DNA from: Octopus vulgaris | Taxonomy: Eukaryota | Assembly: GCA_951406725.2 (NCBI GenBank) | Contig: OX597820.1 | Location: 76,012,001 to 76,076,000, forward strand | Direction of reading: 5' to 3' | DNA: 64,000 bases | Notes under the pieces: generated by a model | Told to the model about the DNA's origin: nothing | Database searches by the model: none | Seen by the model: only the letters and a program-made list of their open reading frames with translations | Part shown: positions 47,025 through 59,647 of the stretch, one piece after another | Numbering within the stretch: the stretch's first letter is position 1 | Layout of the letters: each line of letters begins with the position of its first letter | Position numbers and translations under genes: made by a program

Positions 47025-47580
47025 CTCAGAGCTAGTTATAGACCGTAGCTGCAACACATCGTGACGTATATTTGCCATTTAAATATGGCTAACCCCAAAG
47101 GGTGGATGCTACTGTAGTTTGTAGCCCCAGCAGCTGGAGCTGGCTTTAGACACACTTTCTGTGCCCTATCAGTATTTGCAAAGGGAAGCCATCCTTACCG
47201 TCTTCAACTTATGATACACACGGACTCGAGTTTCTGGGTATTGACCTGTCAACTCGCTCAAAGATTTATTATTGCTTGATTACACCTTTTCCATATCAGT
47301 GTATTTACGATACTGTAAAAGGGATAAGTATTTGTGAAGGGAACCTACTTTTCATCGACAACTGTGATTGTCACACGCCGATGACGGGTCAGTATTCAGA
47401 AACTCGAGTCCGTGTGTATCATATGTTGAAGACGGGAAGGATGGCTTCCTTTTGCAAATACTGATAGGGCACAGAAAGTGTGTCTAAAGCCAGCTGGAGG
47501 AGGTGTCCTCTTGGGGCTACAAACTACAGTAGCCTCCACTCTTAGGGGTTAGCCATATTTAAATGGCAAATATACGTCAC
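47021..47580. mobile_element. Non-autonomous PLE-like fold-back element in (TA)n
   Basis: Inverted arms at 47061-47251 and 47382-47580 with a 130-bp spacer. Contains a hammerhead and is flanked by (TA)n on both sides. Confidence 0.7.
47372..47416 (+). ncRNA. Minimal type I hammerhead ribozyme motif (CCGAUGA core, GUC site)
   Basis: cacacg-CCGATGA-c-gggt-cagt-attc-a-GAAA-ctcgag-TC-cgtgtg. Perfect 6-bp stem I and palindromic ctcgag. Confidence 0.8.
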
Positions 47581-47631
<51 letters not shown>

Positions 47632-47654
47632 ATATATAATATATATAATATATA

Positions 47655-47706
<52 letters not shown>

Positions 47707-47806
47707 TTATATATATATAGAGAGAGAGATATATATATATATGTGTGTGTGTGTGTATTATATATTATATATATATATATATGCACTCATATATATATAC
47801 ATTTAT

Positions 47807-47840
<34 letters not shown>

Positions 47841-49250
47841 ATATATATATATAGATATATTTATTCTAGAGGCGATTCCATGTCATCAGCGCCATCCGGG
47901 CTCATCACAGATTTCGCAAAAGACACATGCCTGCTCGAAAAATTTCACGTTTTATCGCTTTACTTATTGCCCCAAATCGCTTATTTTTTTAATATCTAAC
48001 ACTATGTCTTTCTCTATTTCTAAGTTAAGGTTAAAAATAAAGCAACCCTGCAAAACGCAACTGATCTTTACACACAACGACGCACAGATTAACAGTCATC
48101 AAATAACTACAGCGAGGTGCACAGCAAACATAAGCGATCTGACTGTCGCCTGTACTCTTGACAAAATATGCCAGTTAGTCTTTTACACCTAACAGGCTCG
48201 TTCGTATTAGCCCGAGTTGCTCGATAAATTTTCGTTCTTTTAAGAATATTGTACAGCGGAAACTTATCATAGACTGGAATTTGAATACTAATCCCTATAG
48301 AAATTTATTATTTCATGAAAATATTGAATTTGAATTAATTTTTAATATTTACGATTATAACTAACAACTAGGGCTGTAACTTTTGAGCCAGAGTCAGGCG
48401 TGTGTGAACGATGCCGAGAGAACGTCTGCTACGAATATTTTTTGATACAGGGCACTTTTAAGATACCGCCAGACGCTGATCGAAAATAAATGAACTGCGA
48501 CCAGGTTCAATGAAAGGAGCCCGAGTTATTGGCTGAAATTACATACTTGAAGTCAGTGTTGGCAGAAATTAAATCAGCTTAAATTCACGTTCACATTACA
48601 AAATTTATAATCAGTCCAAACCCGAAACAGCCCGAGGGCCGGAATCGCCACTCATATAACCCCATTTGTTCTCTTTTTATACCTGCACCACACCTGGAAC
48701 CAACCCCCGAGTCAGTCCAACAGTTTAAATTGGATTTGGTACTTACTTGGAAAAGGATGCGTGGCGTTCGATCATATAATAATATAAATAATATATAAAT
48801 ATATGCATATATACATACATATATGTACATACCTACATATATATGTATATATACATGCATATATGGGTACAGGACATCAAAAGAACGGTGACCACAATGA
48901 GAAACGAAAACATAAAAACAAACCCATAGAAAATGAACGTTTTTTCCGGTACTTACATATCTACAGGATCCTACCAAGACTTGATTGTTCTTTACCTGAT
49001 GTTGAACTTATCTCTGGCTTCCTATGTGTTCATGTGCCTTGATTCTACTGAATGCAATGACAAATTCATGAATATACTTGAAAAAAAAAAAAAAAACGAA
49101 TAGATATGGATTTTCTGATAATTTTTCCGCTTCATCTAATTATTAAAGTGGAAAGATTATCAGAAAAGCCATTTCTATTCATTTTTTTTTCAAATATACA
49201 ATACTGTTCGAAAGATTTTCTATTTCTTATTCTGCTTTGTGTATGCGTGT

Positions 49251-49324
<74 letters not shown>

Positions 49325-49654
49325 ATATCAATCACGTTGTAGAAGACCCGTTTAAAAACGCATAAAATCGATTTCTCTTTCATTTTACATAGTTATTACT
49401 TTTGGTGTGTGTATGTGTGTGTTTATGAATGTGTGTGTGTATGAATGCGCATGTATGCATGTGTGAGTGTTTGTGTGTGTGTGTGTATGTGTAAGCTGTA
49501 GGAAACACTCAAACGATATCATTGCTATAACTTTTATTTAAAGAGGGTTTTTTTTTTATTTAAATATTTAAGAATCAACTCTTCGTCAACATGATCAGGC
49601 ACAGAGTTCAACTGCAATGCTAGTTTAAAGCGACCTGTAAGAAAAAGCTAAAGC

Positions 49655-49720
<66 letters not shown>

Positions 49721-49721
<1 letters not shown>

Positions 49722-49980
49722 CCTTCGAAACGTAGAGTAGATGAAACCTTAGCGACTGAAGAAGGGGATTTTTCGTTGTGCTTATTGTCCTGTATCTCTT
49801 TTTTTCTTTTTTGCTTGTCCTGTTCCTTGGTTTGTGTCTATGTTTTTCGTCTCTCTATGTGTTCGACGTCTTTTTGGTGTCCTGTACACATATATGCGTG
49901 TATATGTACATGTAGAGGTAGGTACGTACATATATGTTTATATATATGCATATGTTCTATTTTATTAACATATATATGTA
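49721..49980 (+). mobile_element. PLE terminal-repeat-like fragment (related copies at 54270-54515 +, 48775-48945 -, 9606-9735 +)
   Basis: Shared T-rich tail ending tgtcctgtac(a/c)catatatgc(a/g)tgtatat. This copy and the 54270 copy begin ccttcGAAAcg...CTGA(A/T)GAaggg. Confidence 0.55.
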
Positions 49981-50000
49981 TATATATATATATACATGAA

Positions 50001-50212
50001 GGCGGCGAGCTGGCAGAAACGTTAGCACGCCGGGCGAAATGCGTTGCCGTATTTCGTCTGCCGTTACGTTCCGAGTTCAAATTCTGCCGAGGTCGACTTT
50101 GCCTTTCATCCTTCCGGGGTCGATAAATTAAGTACCAGTTACGCACTGGGGTCGATGTAATCGACTTAATCCCTTTGACTGTCCTTGTTTGTCTCCTCTG
50201 TGTTTAGCCCCT

Positions 50213-50215
<3 letters not shown>
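50001..50215 (+). mobile_element. SINE family B reference copy
   Basis: ggcggcgagctggcagaaacgttagcacgccgggcg...gagttcaaattc (B box)...gcctttcatccttccggggtcgataaattaagtacc. The central domain resembles the Meta/Sauria-SINE domain as I recall it. Confidence 0.8.
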
Positions 50216-50276
<61 letters not shown>

Positions 50277-52443
50277 TATGTAGATTAAAAAAAATCAGTC
50301 TTCAAAAGAAGTGAAAGAAAAGTAGATCTAGCGGCATCCAGTCACATTACCGGCCAAAATACTCGATGCATGGTAACTTACCGTTGCACCAGTGTCAAGA
50401 GTTAGACAGATAAATCTAAGGGCAAATGGAGATGCTTCTTGAGACCGAGTGGAAACGAAAATCGTTCGTCACACGAAACAAATAATTTTGTACAATTGAA
50501 GCCAGATTCGGGTTTTAATTCGAAGTTACGAGGCCCTCCCCAGTCCCAATTAAAGTGAGATCATTCTCATTTCATTATAAACGAGCAAACGAATTGTGTG
50601 TGAGTGATGGCTGCAGTAACAGAAATAAATATATGTTGACTGGCAGCGGCTCTCGTGTTTGATGACAAAAGTAGGTGAACTTGTTGCTAATGCAACAACC
50701 TGATAAACATGCGCAACAACAACAAAAAGAGCTTTCAACCACTACAATAGTAAGAACAATAACAGCAGCAGCAGCAGCAACAAAAGCAAAATAGCCCACA
50801 TCAATATCAGAATTTCCCAGGTCCAACACCACACCACAAGACCTATTCATCTTCACTTCAGGTCAATCAAGGATGTCATGCACTGAGAGTGACAGAAGTA
50901 AGATATAAAACTGTCTTCACCCCCACCCCAAAAAAACTGGGCGATTTGAAGGGAGGATAATTTAAATTACATTGAATACTAATACCAGTTCTACTAACAC
51001 AACAAAAAATGCAACACAGTCCGATCTTCCCCTCAATCCAACAAGAGCAGCACTTGCAAAACGGGCGAAGAAAGAACATACTTTTCTTGAACTATAAATG
51101 TCAATATACGGTTGTGCCACAGCATGGCCGCGGACTTCGGGCTAAAACATTTTAAAGGATTTTAAGGATACGGACAGGCGACACAGTAACTACATCTCAC
51201 CGATGAATTATGTAACATCACAAATATAATTCTTAAAAGCAACGTAAGAAACATGCAAGAATTAAAATCAAAATATTTTGACAAAACTGGAAATTTCCAA
51301 GAAACAATTACCAAACAACAAAATGGAAAGACGGATTGCCATTCCTTTCACAAGCATAAGGTGGTCTGTTTCACTTATCTCTCCTTTTGGCGTTGTTCAG
51401 ATTAGGCGGTGGGAATGCATACGGCCTGGTGTTATCCTGGAAGCAAGGATACTTGCTAAATGATTTCGTGTCAGTAGGAATAGATGTGGTGGACATCATC
51501 AAATGTGAGGTACGAAACTTTCCAGGTGTCTTCACCGGCTATGAGATGTACGCATTTACATTTCGCTCGAGATCAGGGTGTGGCACAATTTCGTTGTTTC
51601 AGAAAAGCTTGGATCACATAACACAAACTATATCCGAGGAATCAAGGATTAAATCGGTGGTGCTGGACGGGATGCGAAATTTTTTTCCCCATGAGAGTTT
51701 CGGCCCCCAGTAATGAACTCATTTGCATACAGCCAATCAGGGCTCATCTTGACCATGTTATCAAATTAACAAACACATTCTACCAAGTAAATTCAAAACT
51801 AAGAACAGTGTTGTAATTCAACCGATCGCCAATTTATGCTTAATTTTAGAAGGAGACAAGTAATTTGATAGATTTGCATCTATATCTATTATTGGATTTT
51901 GTTAGGGCCCAAATGGTAAAGATGTGGATGATAAAAACGTGGGTAGAGGATGATGTGCTAGCAAACCTCTCCCCTTACTGTTTTACAAAGTAAACAAGAA
52001 CATAACTACGCAGAGGCAGCCATGGTTGAAACAAGAACAAGAACAAGAACAAGAAGCACGGTCATTCCATACCTAAGTGACCTTATCGTCCATCGCTTGT
52101 TATTCACGCATATATTAGTTTGATAGCTGAGCTCTGATTGGCTGTTTGCAAATGAGTTCATAACTGGTGTCCGGAACTCTCGTGGGAAAATATCGTGGAT
52201 GAGACCAACAGTGAAGACTAAACATTCTAACTAGTACCAGTCTATGCTCCGACAGAGATGGGGTGACCAGACTTCTTTATGCCTCTAGATTTTTCTCTGC
52301 ATTATATGAATCAAGTATATAAAATTTATCGAAAACGCCATAAAACGGACCAAAATATGCATCACAACCAACCATAAACTTAAACCTATAACATTTAATG
52401 ACAGATGTAAGACAGAAAGGCTGTTCTCCATATTTGTGAGCAC

Positions 52444-52895
52444 CAGGGCCGGATTAAGATCCACAGAGGCCCTAAGCGCTGTAAAGGTTTTGATGCTCTT
52501 GAGTATGTGTAAATGGTTCAAAATGTAAACAAAAATAATTCAAAATGTAAACGATAATAAACAGTAAAATAAATTTATATTTTTCAAAATGAAACAAAAT
52601 TTACAGTAAGATAGAAAATAATGTTTATATTTGTATGTTTCCATTTTATTTATATTTGAAAAGTGTTCTCCTTCATTTTTTTTATTGCAAAGTGCTCGAT
52701 AATATCGTTAAAATAAATTTTACATAAAATTTCTGCTTCTATACTTAGTAGAAATAAGGCATTACGAATATTATTTTAGCAAGTTTAAAATGATTTCTTT
52801 CGTGTCGTAAATCATTTACCATTTCTGTGGTGCCTCTTCCTTCCTTTGATACCCTAAGCACGTGCTTATTTTGCTTCATGGTTAATCCAGCGCTG
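52444..52895. mobile_element. hAT-type MITE
   Basis: TIRs cagggccggattaa / ttaatccagcgctg with a degenerate 8-bp TSD gtgagcac / atgagtac. Confidence 0.75.
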
Positions 52896-52922
52896 ATGAG
52901 TACACACGAACACACGCATGCA

Positions 52923-53022
<100 letters not shown>

Positions 53023-53353
53023 GCTGAATGGTTAAAAATATAGTTTCGTAATCATGAAGTTCCGTTTTCGATCCTGCCACATGTCGTCAAATGTAATTTT
53101 CTGTGATCGCGAATTGACCCACAGAGCTTGATATTCGGTTGTGGGAAAGTATGTAGAAGCCGAGCAGAAGTATTTTACCTGTAATTTAAAGGTAAAATGC
53201 CTCGTTACACATAAATACTATGTCACGTTGATTGTGCATAAGGATTACGTTAATTGTACACGTGACCCTGTGGGAACTGTTAATTCAGCTGATCGAACAA
53301 ACTACTGAGTTTTCATTGTCAACCGACGGAGCACCATCCATATATATATATAT

Positions 53354-53419
<66 letters not shown>

Positions 53420-53421
<2 letters not shown>

Positions 53422-53713
53422 AACAGCTACAACTATTTCGTTGAGAATCTTTATTGTGATGTAAGCATGGTACATAGAGGAATGGAATAGTCGCACCATC
53501 TCTAATAATAGGCAACATTATGTCATCCTACACGCATTTTTTTTCTCTCCTTGTTTCTCTCCTTGTTTTTTCTGTGTATCTTTCTGTCGAAGAGCGTAGG
53601 CTCGAAACGTAAAAGACTTTTTCTATTTCTATTCCTGAGCGCTATACTAATACATTTGTTTGCTTGTACTTCACCTGCCTTCGTCTTTTGTTTAATTTCG
53701 TAAACTTTCCCGT
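53420..53713 (+). mobile_element. Short non-coding PLE-like element in (TA)n carrying a hammerhead
   Basis: Bounded by TA repeats. The sequence after the hammerhead resembles 7180-7295. Confidence 0.55.
53579..53616 (+). ncRNA. Minimal hammerhead-like motif (CUGUCGA core)
   Basis: tcttt-CTGTCGA-a-gagc-gtag-gctc-GAAA-cg-TA-aaaga. Stems I and II are perfect. Confidence 0.7.
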
Positions 53714-53745
<32 letters not shown>

Positions 53746-53747
53746 GA

Positions 53748-54055
53748 GGAGCAATGGCCCAGTGGTTAGGGAAGCGGACTCGCGGTTGTAGGATCGCGGT
53801 TTCGATTCCTAGATCGGGCGTTGTGAATGTTTATTGAGCGAAAACACCTAAAGCTACACGAGGCTCCGGCAGTGGGTGGTGGCGATCCCTGGTGTACTCT
53901 TTCGCCATAACTTTCTCTCACTCTTTCTTCTGTTGGCCTGTTCGCTTAGCCAGCGGTGTGGCGTCATTTGAAGGCTAAAACAATACGAAGCGCATTGTGA
54001 CCAGCGATGTGTAGCAACAACTGATAACCTGGTCGGTCACGGTGATCACGGTGAT
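53748..54055 (+). mobile_element. SINE C head with a different 3' module
   Basis: Matches family C to ~53930, then an unrelated tail ending (cacggtgat)x2. Confidence 0.7.
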
Positions 54056-54639
54056 ATATGTATGTAAGTATTTATGTATATATATCTTGTTTTTCCAGCG
54101 TCCACCACTTCAAATAAACTTGGCTTAACAACCCTCACCGTTTGTTTTTACTGTTTTGTTCTTACTGTCCTGTTATTGTTACCACTTTAACCCTCCGCAA
54201 AGAATCCCAAATTTTACTTAATTTGCTTTGCATGAGGTATTGTTTTCACGAAGTCGCGTCTTGTCCCTACCTTCGAAACGCGGGGCAGATAAAACAGGGG
54301 ACAACTGATGAAGGGAATATTATTTATGTTGCCTGTCTCGTTTCTCTATTTGTTTCTTTCTTTGTTCGAAAAAAAGTTCGTTTTCTATGGGTTTTTTTAT
54401 GTTCCCGTTTCTCCCTTTGGTTTTTTTTTATGTCCTGTACCCATATATGCATGTATATATACATATATATGTAGATATGTACATATGTGTATGTATATAT
54501 GCATATATTTATATAACATTTCGATAGAAAATCCATTTCTCCTCACCAGTCACAAGTCTATCAGAAAGGATAAAATGAGTTCGCGAGAATGGAGAGAAGA
54601 GCAGATGTCAATTCGGGATTTGCGGTAGCTTTCGGACTA

Positions 54640-55169
54640 ATCACGAGGCACCCATTTTTCAAGTTTAGGAACCTTTCTATAAACGATAAACAGTTGTATG
54701 GTTTGAACTAAGCTTTATTGCCAATTCTTCAACTGTTAATACAGGATTTTCTTCAAGTAATGCCTCAAGGAGCTTATCATCAAACTCAACTGGACGTCCT
54801 ATTCGATCTTCATCTTCAAGGCTGAAATCCCCACTTCTGAATTTTGCAAACCATTTTCTGCAAGTTCTTTCATTCAAGCATTCTTTCCCAAAAACTGAGT
54901 GTGTTTCGAGTCGCTTCGACTGCAGAGTTTCCTTTTTTTGTACTCATAAAGCATTATGTGCCTGAAATGCTCTTTGGATACTTTCATGTTAGAAAGGGTT
55001 TTAATCAAAGAAATTTAAATTTTATTATTCTGTAAAATAATACTTAATTAGTTTAAATGTACACAGATGCATAAAAATAATTTTTAGTTCCATTAGACAT
55101 TCTAAAATACTATTAAATTTCAATTTTAAAAATGGTAAAATCGGATAGAATTTATGGGATGACCTGATA
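54640..55169 (-). pseudogene. Mariner transposon 5' fragment (one TIR + transposase N-terminus)
   Basis: TIR TA-tcaggtcatcccataaatt at 55169. ATG at 54987: MKVSKEHFRHIMLYEYKKGNSAVEATRN...ERTCRKWFAKFRSGDFSLEDEDRIGRP...KWVPR (WVPHEL-like). Frameshifted and truncated. Confidence 0.88.
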
Positions 55170-55726
55170 GAAGCAGTTCTAATAATGTTAATATTACCGA
55201 TGATACATACTTAATATGTTTTGTTTTGTTGTTTTTTCATGCGCTTATTATCTGCTGGATTCGTCCTGGCAAAAATTCCTGTAAGACGTCGAGAAATATA
55301 TATACATAAAACGGGCAAGGAAGAGAACTCACCGAATTTGCGAAAATTACATAATGATAATATTCAATGTCTTCGCTAGTTCTAATGACAATCCTTGGCA
55401 TGTTTAGCCACATTGAACATCGGGAATAAAACTCCATGTACACATAATACCCAGGAATTAAGAACGATGAGAAGAGTTTCCGTGTCTTTGAGAATAATTG
55501 CCATTAATGCTATGAAATTTCTTTCTATTACAGCATAATTTCAATTCATTAAAATTTATTTTCTACTCTCCACATTAACTACGGCAACCGGCACTTAACA
55601 CATTCTCATTCAATTGGCTCTGACATCTGACAAGTATTTATTTTATCGACTAAGAAAATAAAATTGAAGATGATTTTTATATAAAATTAACACAAAATAG
55701 ATTGTTGTTGCTATTGTGGCTGCTGG

Positions 55727-55758
<32 letters not shown>

Positions 55759-55859
55759 GCTGTTGTTGTTATTGTTGATGTTGTTTGACCGAAGCCAAAT
55801 CTTACAGAGCAAGCCTATGATCAAGGATGGTCTCGCATAACAATTCTGTTATATTTTCC

Positions 55860-56008
55860 TGGCTGTATGGTAAGTCTTCTTGCCAACCACATGGTCCTAA
55901 GTTCAGACCCACTGCGTGACACGTCCGAGATATCTTTTCTACTATAGTTTCAGACTGACCAAAGGCCGTGTTAGTGGATTTTGTAGACAGAAACTGAAAG
56001 AAGCCTGT

Positions 56009-56074
<66 letters not shown>

Positions 56075-56142
56075 ATGCTGGAACACCAGGTGATGTTCCA
56101 GCATGGCCGCAGTCAAATGATTGAAACAAGAAAAGGATAAAG

Positions 56143-56187
<45 letters not shown>

Positions 56188-56355
56188 CGTAGAAGTGGCA
56201 GGTGGCACTGTGTTAAGAAGCTGACTTCCCAACCGCATTTTTCCGGGTTCAATCCCACTGCGTGATACATTAGGCATGTGTTTCAACTATAGACTCGGGC
56301 CGACGAAAGACTTGTGTGTGGATATGGTAGATGGAAACTGCAAGAAGCTCATCGT
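55860..56355 (+). mobile_element. Two SINE A copies
   Basis: Heads at ~55860 and ~56186. Confidence 0.7.
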
Positions 56356-56374
56356 ATATATATGTATGTTTGTA

Positions 56375-56960
56375 TGTCCTTGTTTGTCCTCTCTGAGTTT
56401 AGCCCCTTGTGAGTAGTAAAGAAATAGATATTTCGTCTGCCGTTACGTTCTGAGTTCAAATTCCGCCGAGGTCGACTTCGCCTTTCATCTTATCGAGGTC
56501 GATTAAATAAGTACCAGTTACGCACTGGGGTCGATATAATCGACTTAATCCGTTTGTCTGTCCTTGTTTGTCCTTTCTGTGTTTACCTACTTGTGGGTAG
56601 TAAAGAAATAGAAATTGGTAGTTCGTCTGCCGCTACGTTCTGAGTTCAAATTCCGCCGAAGTCGACTTTGCCTTTCATCCTTTTGGGGTCGATTAAATAA
56701 GTACCAGTTCCGTACTGGGGTCGATATAATCGACTTAATCCGTTTGTCTGTCTTTGTTTGTCCCCTCTGTGTGTAACCCCTTGTGGGCAGTAAAGAAATA
56801 GGTATTTTGTCTGTCTTTACCTACTGAGTTCAAATTCCGCCGAGGTCGACTTTGCCTTTCAATCTTTCGGGGTCGATTAAATATGTACCAGTTGAGTACT
56901 GGGGTCGATCTAATCGACTAGCCACCTCCCCCAAAATTTTCGTCCTTGTGCCTAAAATAG
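56375..56960 (+). mobile_element. Headless tandem array of SINE B body units
   Basis: Three ~180-190 bp units, each with gagttcaaattccgccga(a/g)gtcgactt. Confidence 0.8.
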
Positions 56961-57239
56961 AAATGGGTTGCGGTTACATCAGCGTGAAGCCTGTAGTCAG
57001 GTGCTCATGTATCTTACGTATGCAAAATGTTTGATACGTCAATTATTGTTGAGAATGAAAGAGAATGTCGTTCTTCTTTTTCACAAAGCGTCATCCGTTG
57101 CTAATGAATTTCTAATATCTGCTAGAAATGGCAGCCAAATTTCCAATATATCATAGCATACTATATCAAATAACTGGCATTGCATTTTATTTTCCATCCA
57201 AGGTGAAGCAAAAGGAAGAAAAAAAAAAAAGAAAAAGAA

Positions 57240-57555
57240 CTGGCACTCCGTCGGTTACGACGACGAGCGCTGCAGTCGATCCGATCAACGAAACAGCCTG
57301 GTCGCGAAATCAACGTGCAAGTGGCTGAGTACTCCATAGACACGCGTGCCCTTAAAGTAGTTCTCAGAGAGATTCAACGTGACACAGAATGTTACAGGAC
57401 TGGCCCTTTGAATTAGAGGTACAACTCATTTTAGCCAGTTTGAGTGCACTGGAATAACTGGAAATAAAGAGCCTTGCTCAAGGGCACCACGCTCTGCCGG
57501 ATGTCGAACTCATGATATTATGATCGTGAGCTATATACCCTGACCACTAAGCCAT
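57240..57555 (-). mobile_element. SINE C-related copy
   Basis: Reverse complement of the family C 3' body with a tRNA-like head. Confidence 0.7.
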
Positions 57556-57977
57556 TCATTTTCACTCTATATTCAGTAATGACGCATGCATTGGATATAT
57601 TAGTCTCCGCTATGTTGAAAAAGATCGGGGTTGTCACGGTTGGAACAACTTTGATCTTAGCTCAGCTAGAACTATATACAACAAATTGACAGAATGTGTC
57701 TGGAGTTCTCGCTGCTTACTGCTGGAATAATTTTTGCCTCCCTCTCATATATATTGCGTTTTTAACTACAGCATGTTCATAAGAAGTGTTATCTTTGGAC
57801 GAATACAACAGTAAATTTGCCTTTAAACGATATATTTATTTTTAGTATGATACATAGATGGCTACTTTAGTACACACACATGTACCAATCTAAGTAAGGG
57901 CATACCCATATCAGATGCTTGGAGCTTCTGATGTATGCATATGTGTGTGTGTGTATGCATAGGTGTATGTATGTATG

Positions 57978-58024
<47 letters not shown>

Positions 58025-58281
58025 GTATGTATGTATATATGTGTATGTGCATGTGCGCGCGTGTATACTGAGATAGTTGTGCATTAATACGTAGATAAAG
58101 AGACACGCACATTTAAGTGTATGATAAATATGAACGTAGGTGAGGTAGATATATTAATAGAATCCTAGAAACACCAGGTGTGATACGGAAATATATAAGG
58201 CCTGAATCACAAAAGAACATGGCACCAACCATTTATTATCTTATACTTACAGCTGCATCTATCACTATCATAATTACATCT

Positions 58282-58376
58282 CATATGACCACGGTTAAGA
58301 GCGCGGGCTACTAACCCCAAGAATCCGAGTTCGATTCCAGGCAGTGACCTGAATAATAATGATAATAATAATGATG

Positions 58377-58443
<67 letters not shown>

Positions 58444-58505
58444 TAAAAAATCATAACATTGGAAAAAAAACCTTAGGAATGAGAACCCATGTTCGAAATT
58501 TCCTC
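58282..58505 (+). mobile_element. SINE D copy (3'-truncated)
   Basis: Same head, (AAT)n and ccttaggaatgagaaccca(t)gttcgaaatttcctc. Confidence 0.75.
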
Positions 58506-59647
58506 TTTCCTCGAACTGGTGCTCACACCCTCATACTCTCTTTCCTAGAACTGGTGCTTTCTGGAACTCATTACCGTCGTCTTGTTTGCGTCTGGTTTAT
58601 GATATCCAGTCCTTAAAAATTTCAGTCATTCCACATCTTTTGAATTTGTAGGCTTCTTTTTCTTCCTTTCTAAGTTACTTACGTTAGAATGACCTCAAAG
58701 AGAAAAAGTTATATAATGCTAAATAACCAGAAACAAACTTCTACATTCAGTCCAAATCCTTTTCCATTGTTCTTTATCGCTTACTCTTTTATACTTTATA
58801 ATTCTTTCTGGAGAAGGTTCCGTAAATTTATTCGGTCATTTGCCGCGTGTCAAATGCATTCAACCATTTATTTATCACGTCCATTTCAATTTGAGACCCA
58901 AATATCTGAGAAGACCACGTTTCATACTTTGCATGTTTATTATAACAAATACAACGAGGCGCTTCACCATTCCTAGTAATTCAGCACAACCTTTGGTTTA
59001 TCTAATAATATGATAATGAAAGAAAACTTAGCTTTTATCTCTTATGTGTAATTTATAACCAAATCTTAGGAAGGTGATTTAGTTCCAAATTTTCAACAAA
59101 AAAACCTTTTGTTTCTTGTTTAATGAACTGAAACTAAATAATTTGATTGTTTCCCAATGAAATAAATTGTATTAAAATACAGAAGTTTTATTCGCTTTAT
59201 GTTTATATATGTAAACTCGTCATATTTTTGCAGTTGTGAAGAGGAAAAGAATGGAGCGTAGATTAAATAATCCGAGCCCAGAGGAATATGTGAGAATATT
59301 CGAGGAAAAAAATGTGATTAAAATAGCCAACATTTTTGTTGCATGGATATGTTTGTATAATATAATAATGTTTTCTTTGTGTGTCACGAAAATAGCAAAG
59401 GTACGGAAGGCTAGATAAGTAATTAGAGAATAAGAACTATCTTAGATATTTCTTTTTTTTTCTAGACTTTTCTCCGTTTTTTTCTTTTTGTTTCTCTCTC
59501 ATTTCTCTCTTCATTACGACGACAACAACGACGACGACGAAGATGAAGATGATGATGATGATCATGATCATCATCATCATCATCACCATCTTCATATTAT
59601 TATTATTATTATCATGATCATTATTAGTATTATTGTTATTATTATCA

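Noticed and set aside
47865-47895. Minus-strand ggcg-CTGATGA-catg-GAA-T-cgcc
   Set aside because: No room for stem II or helix III, so probably chance.
52893-52912. CTGATGA-gtacacac-GAAC hammerhead-like string
   Set aside because: Formed by the hAT MITE end plus its TSD. No GAAA and no stems I or III.
56375-56960. CRISPR-like array
   Set aside because: Units are whole ~180-bp SINE bodies without unique spacers, in a eukaryotic context with no cas genes.
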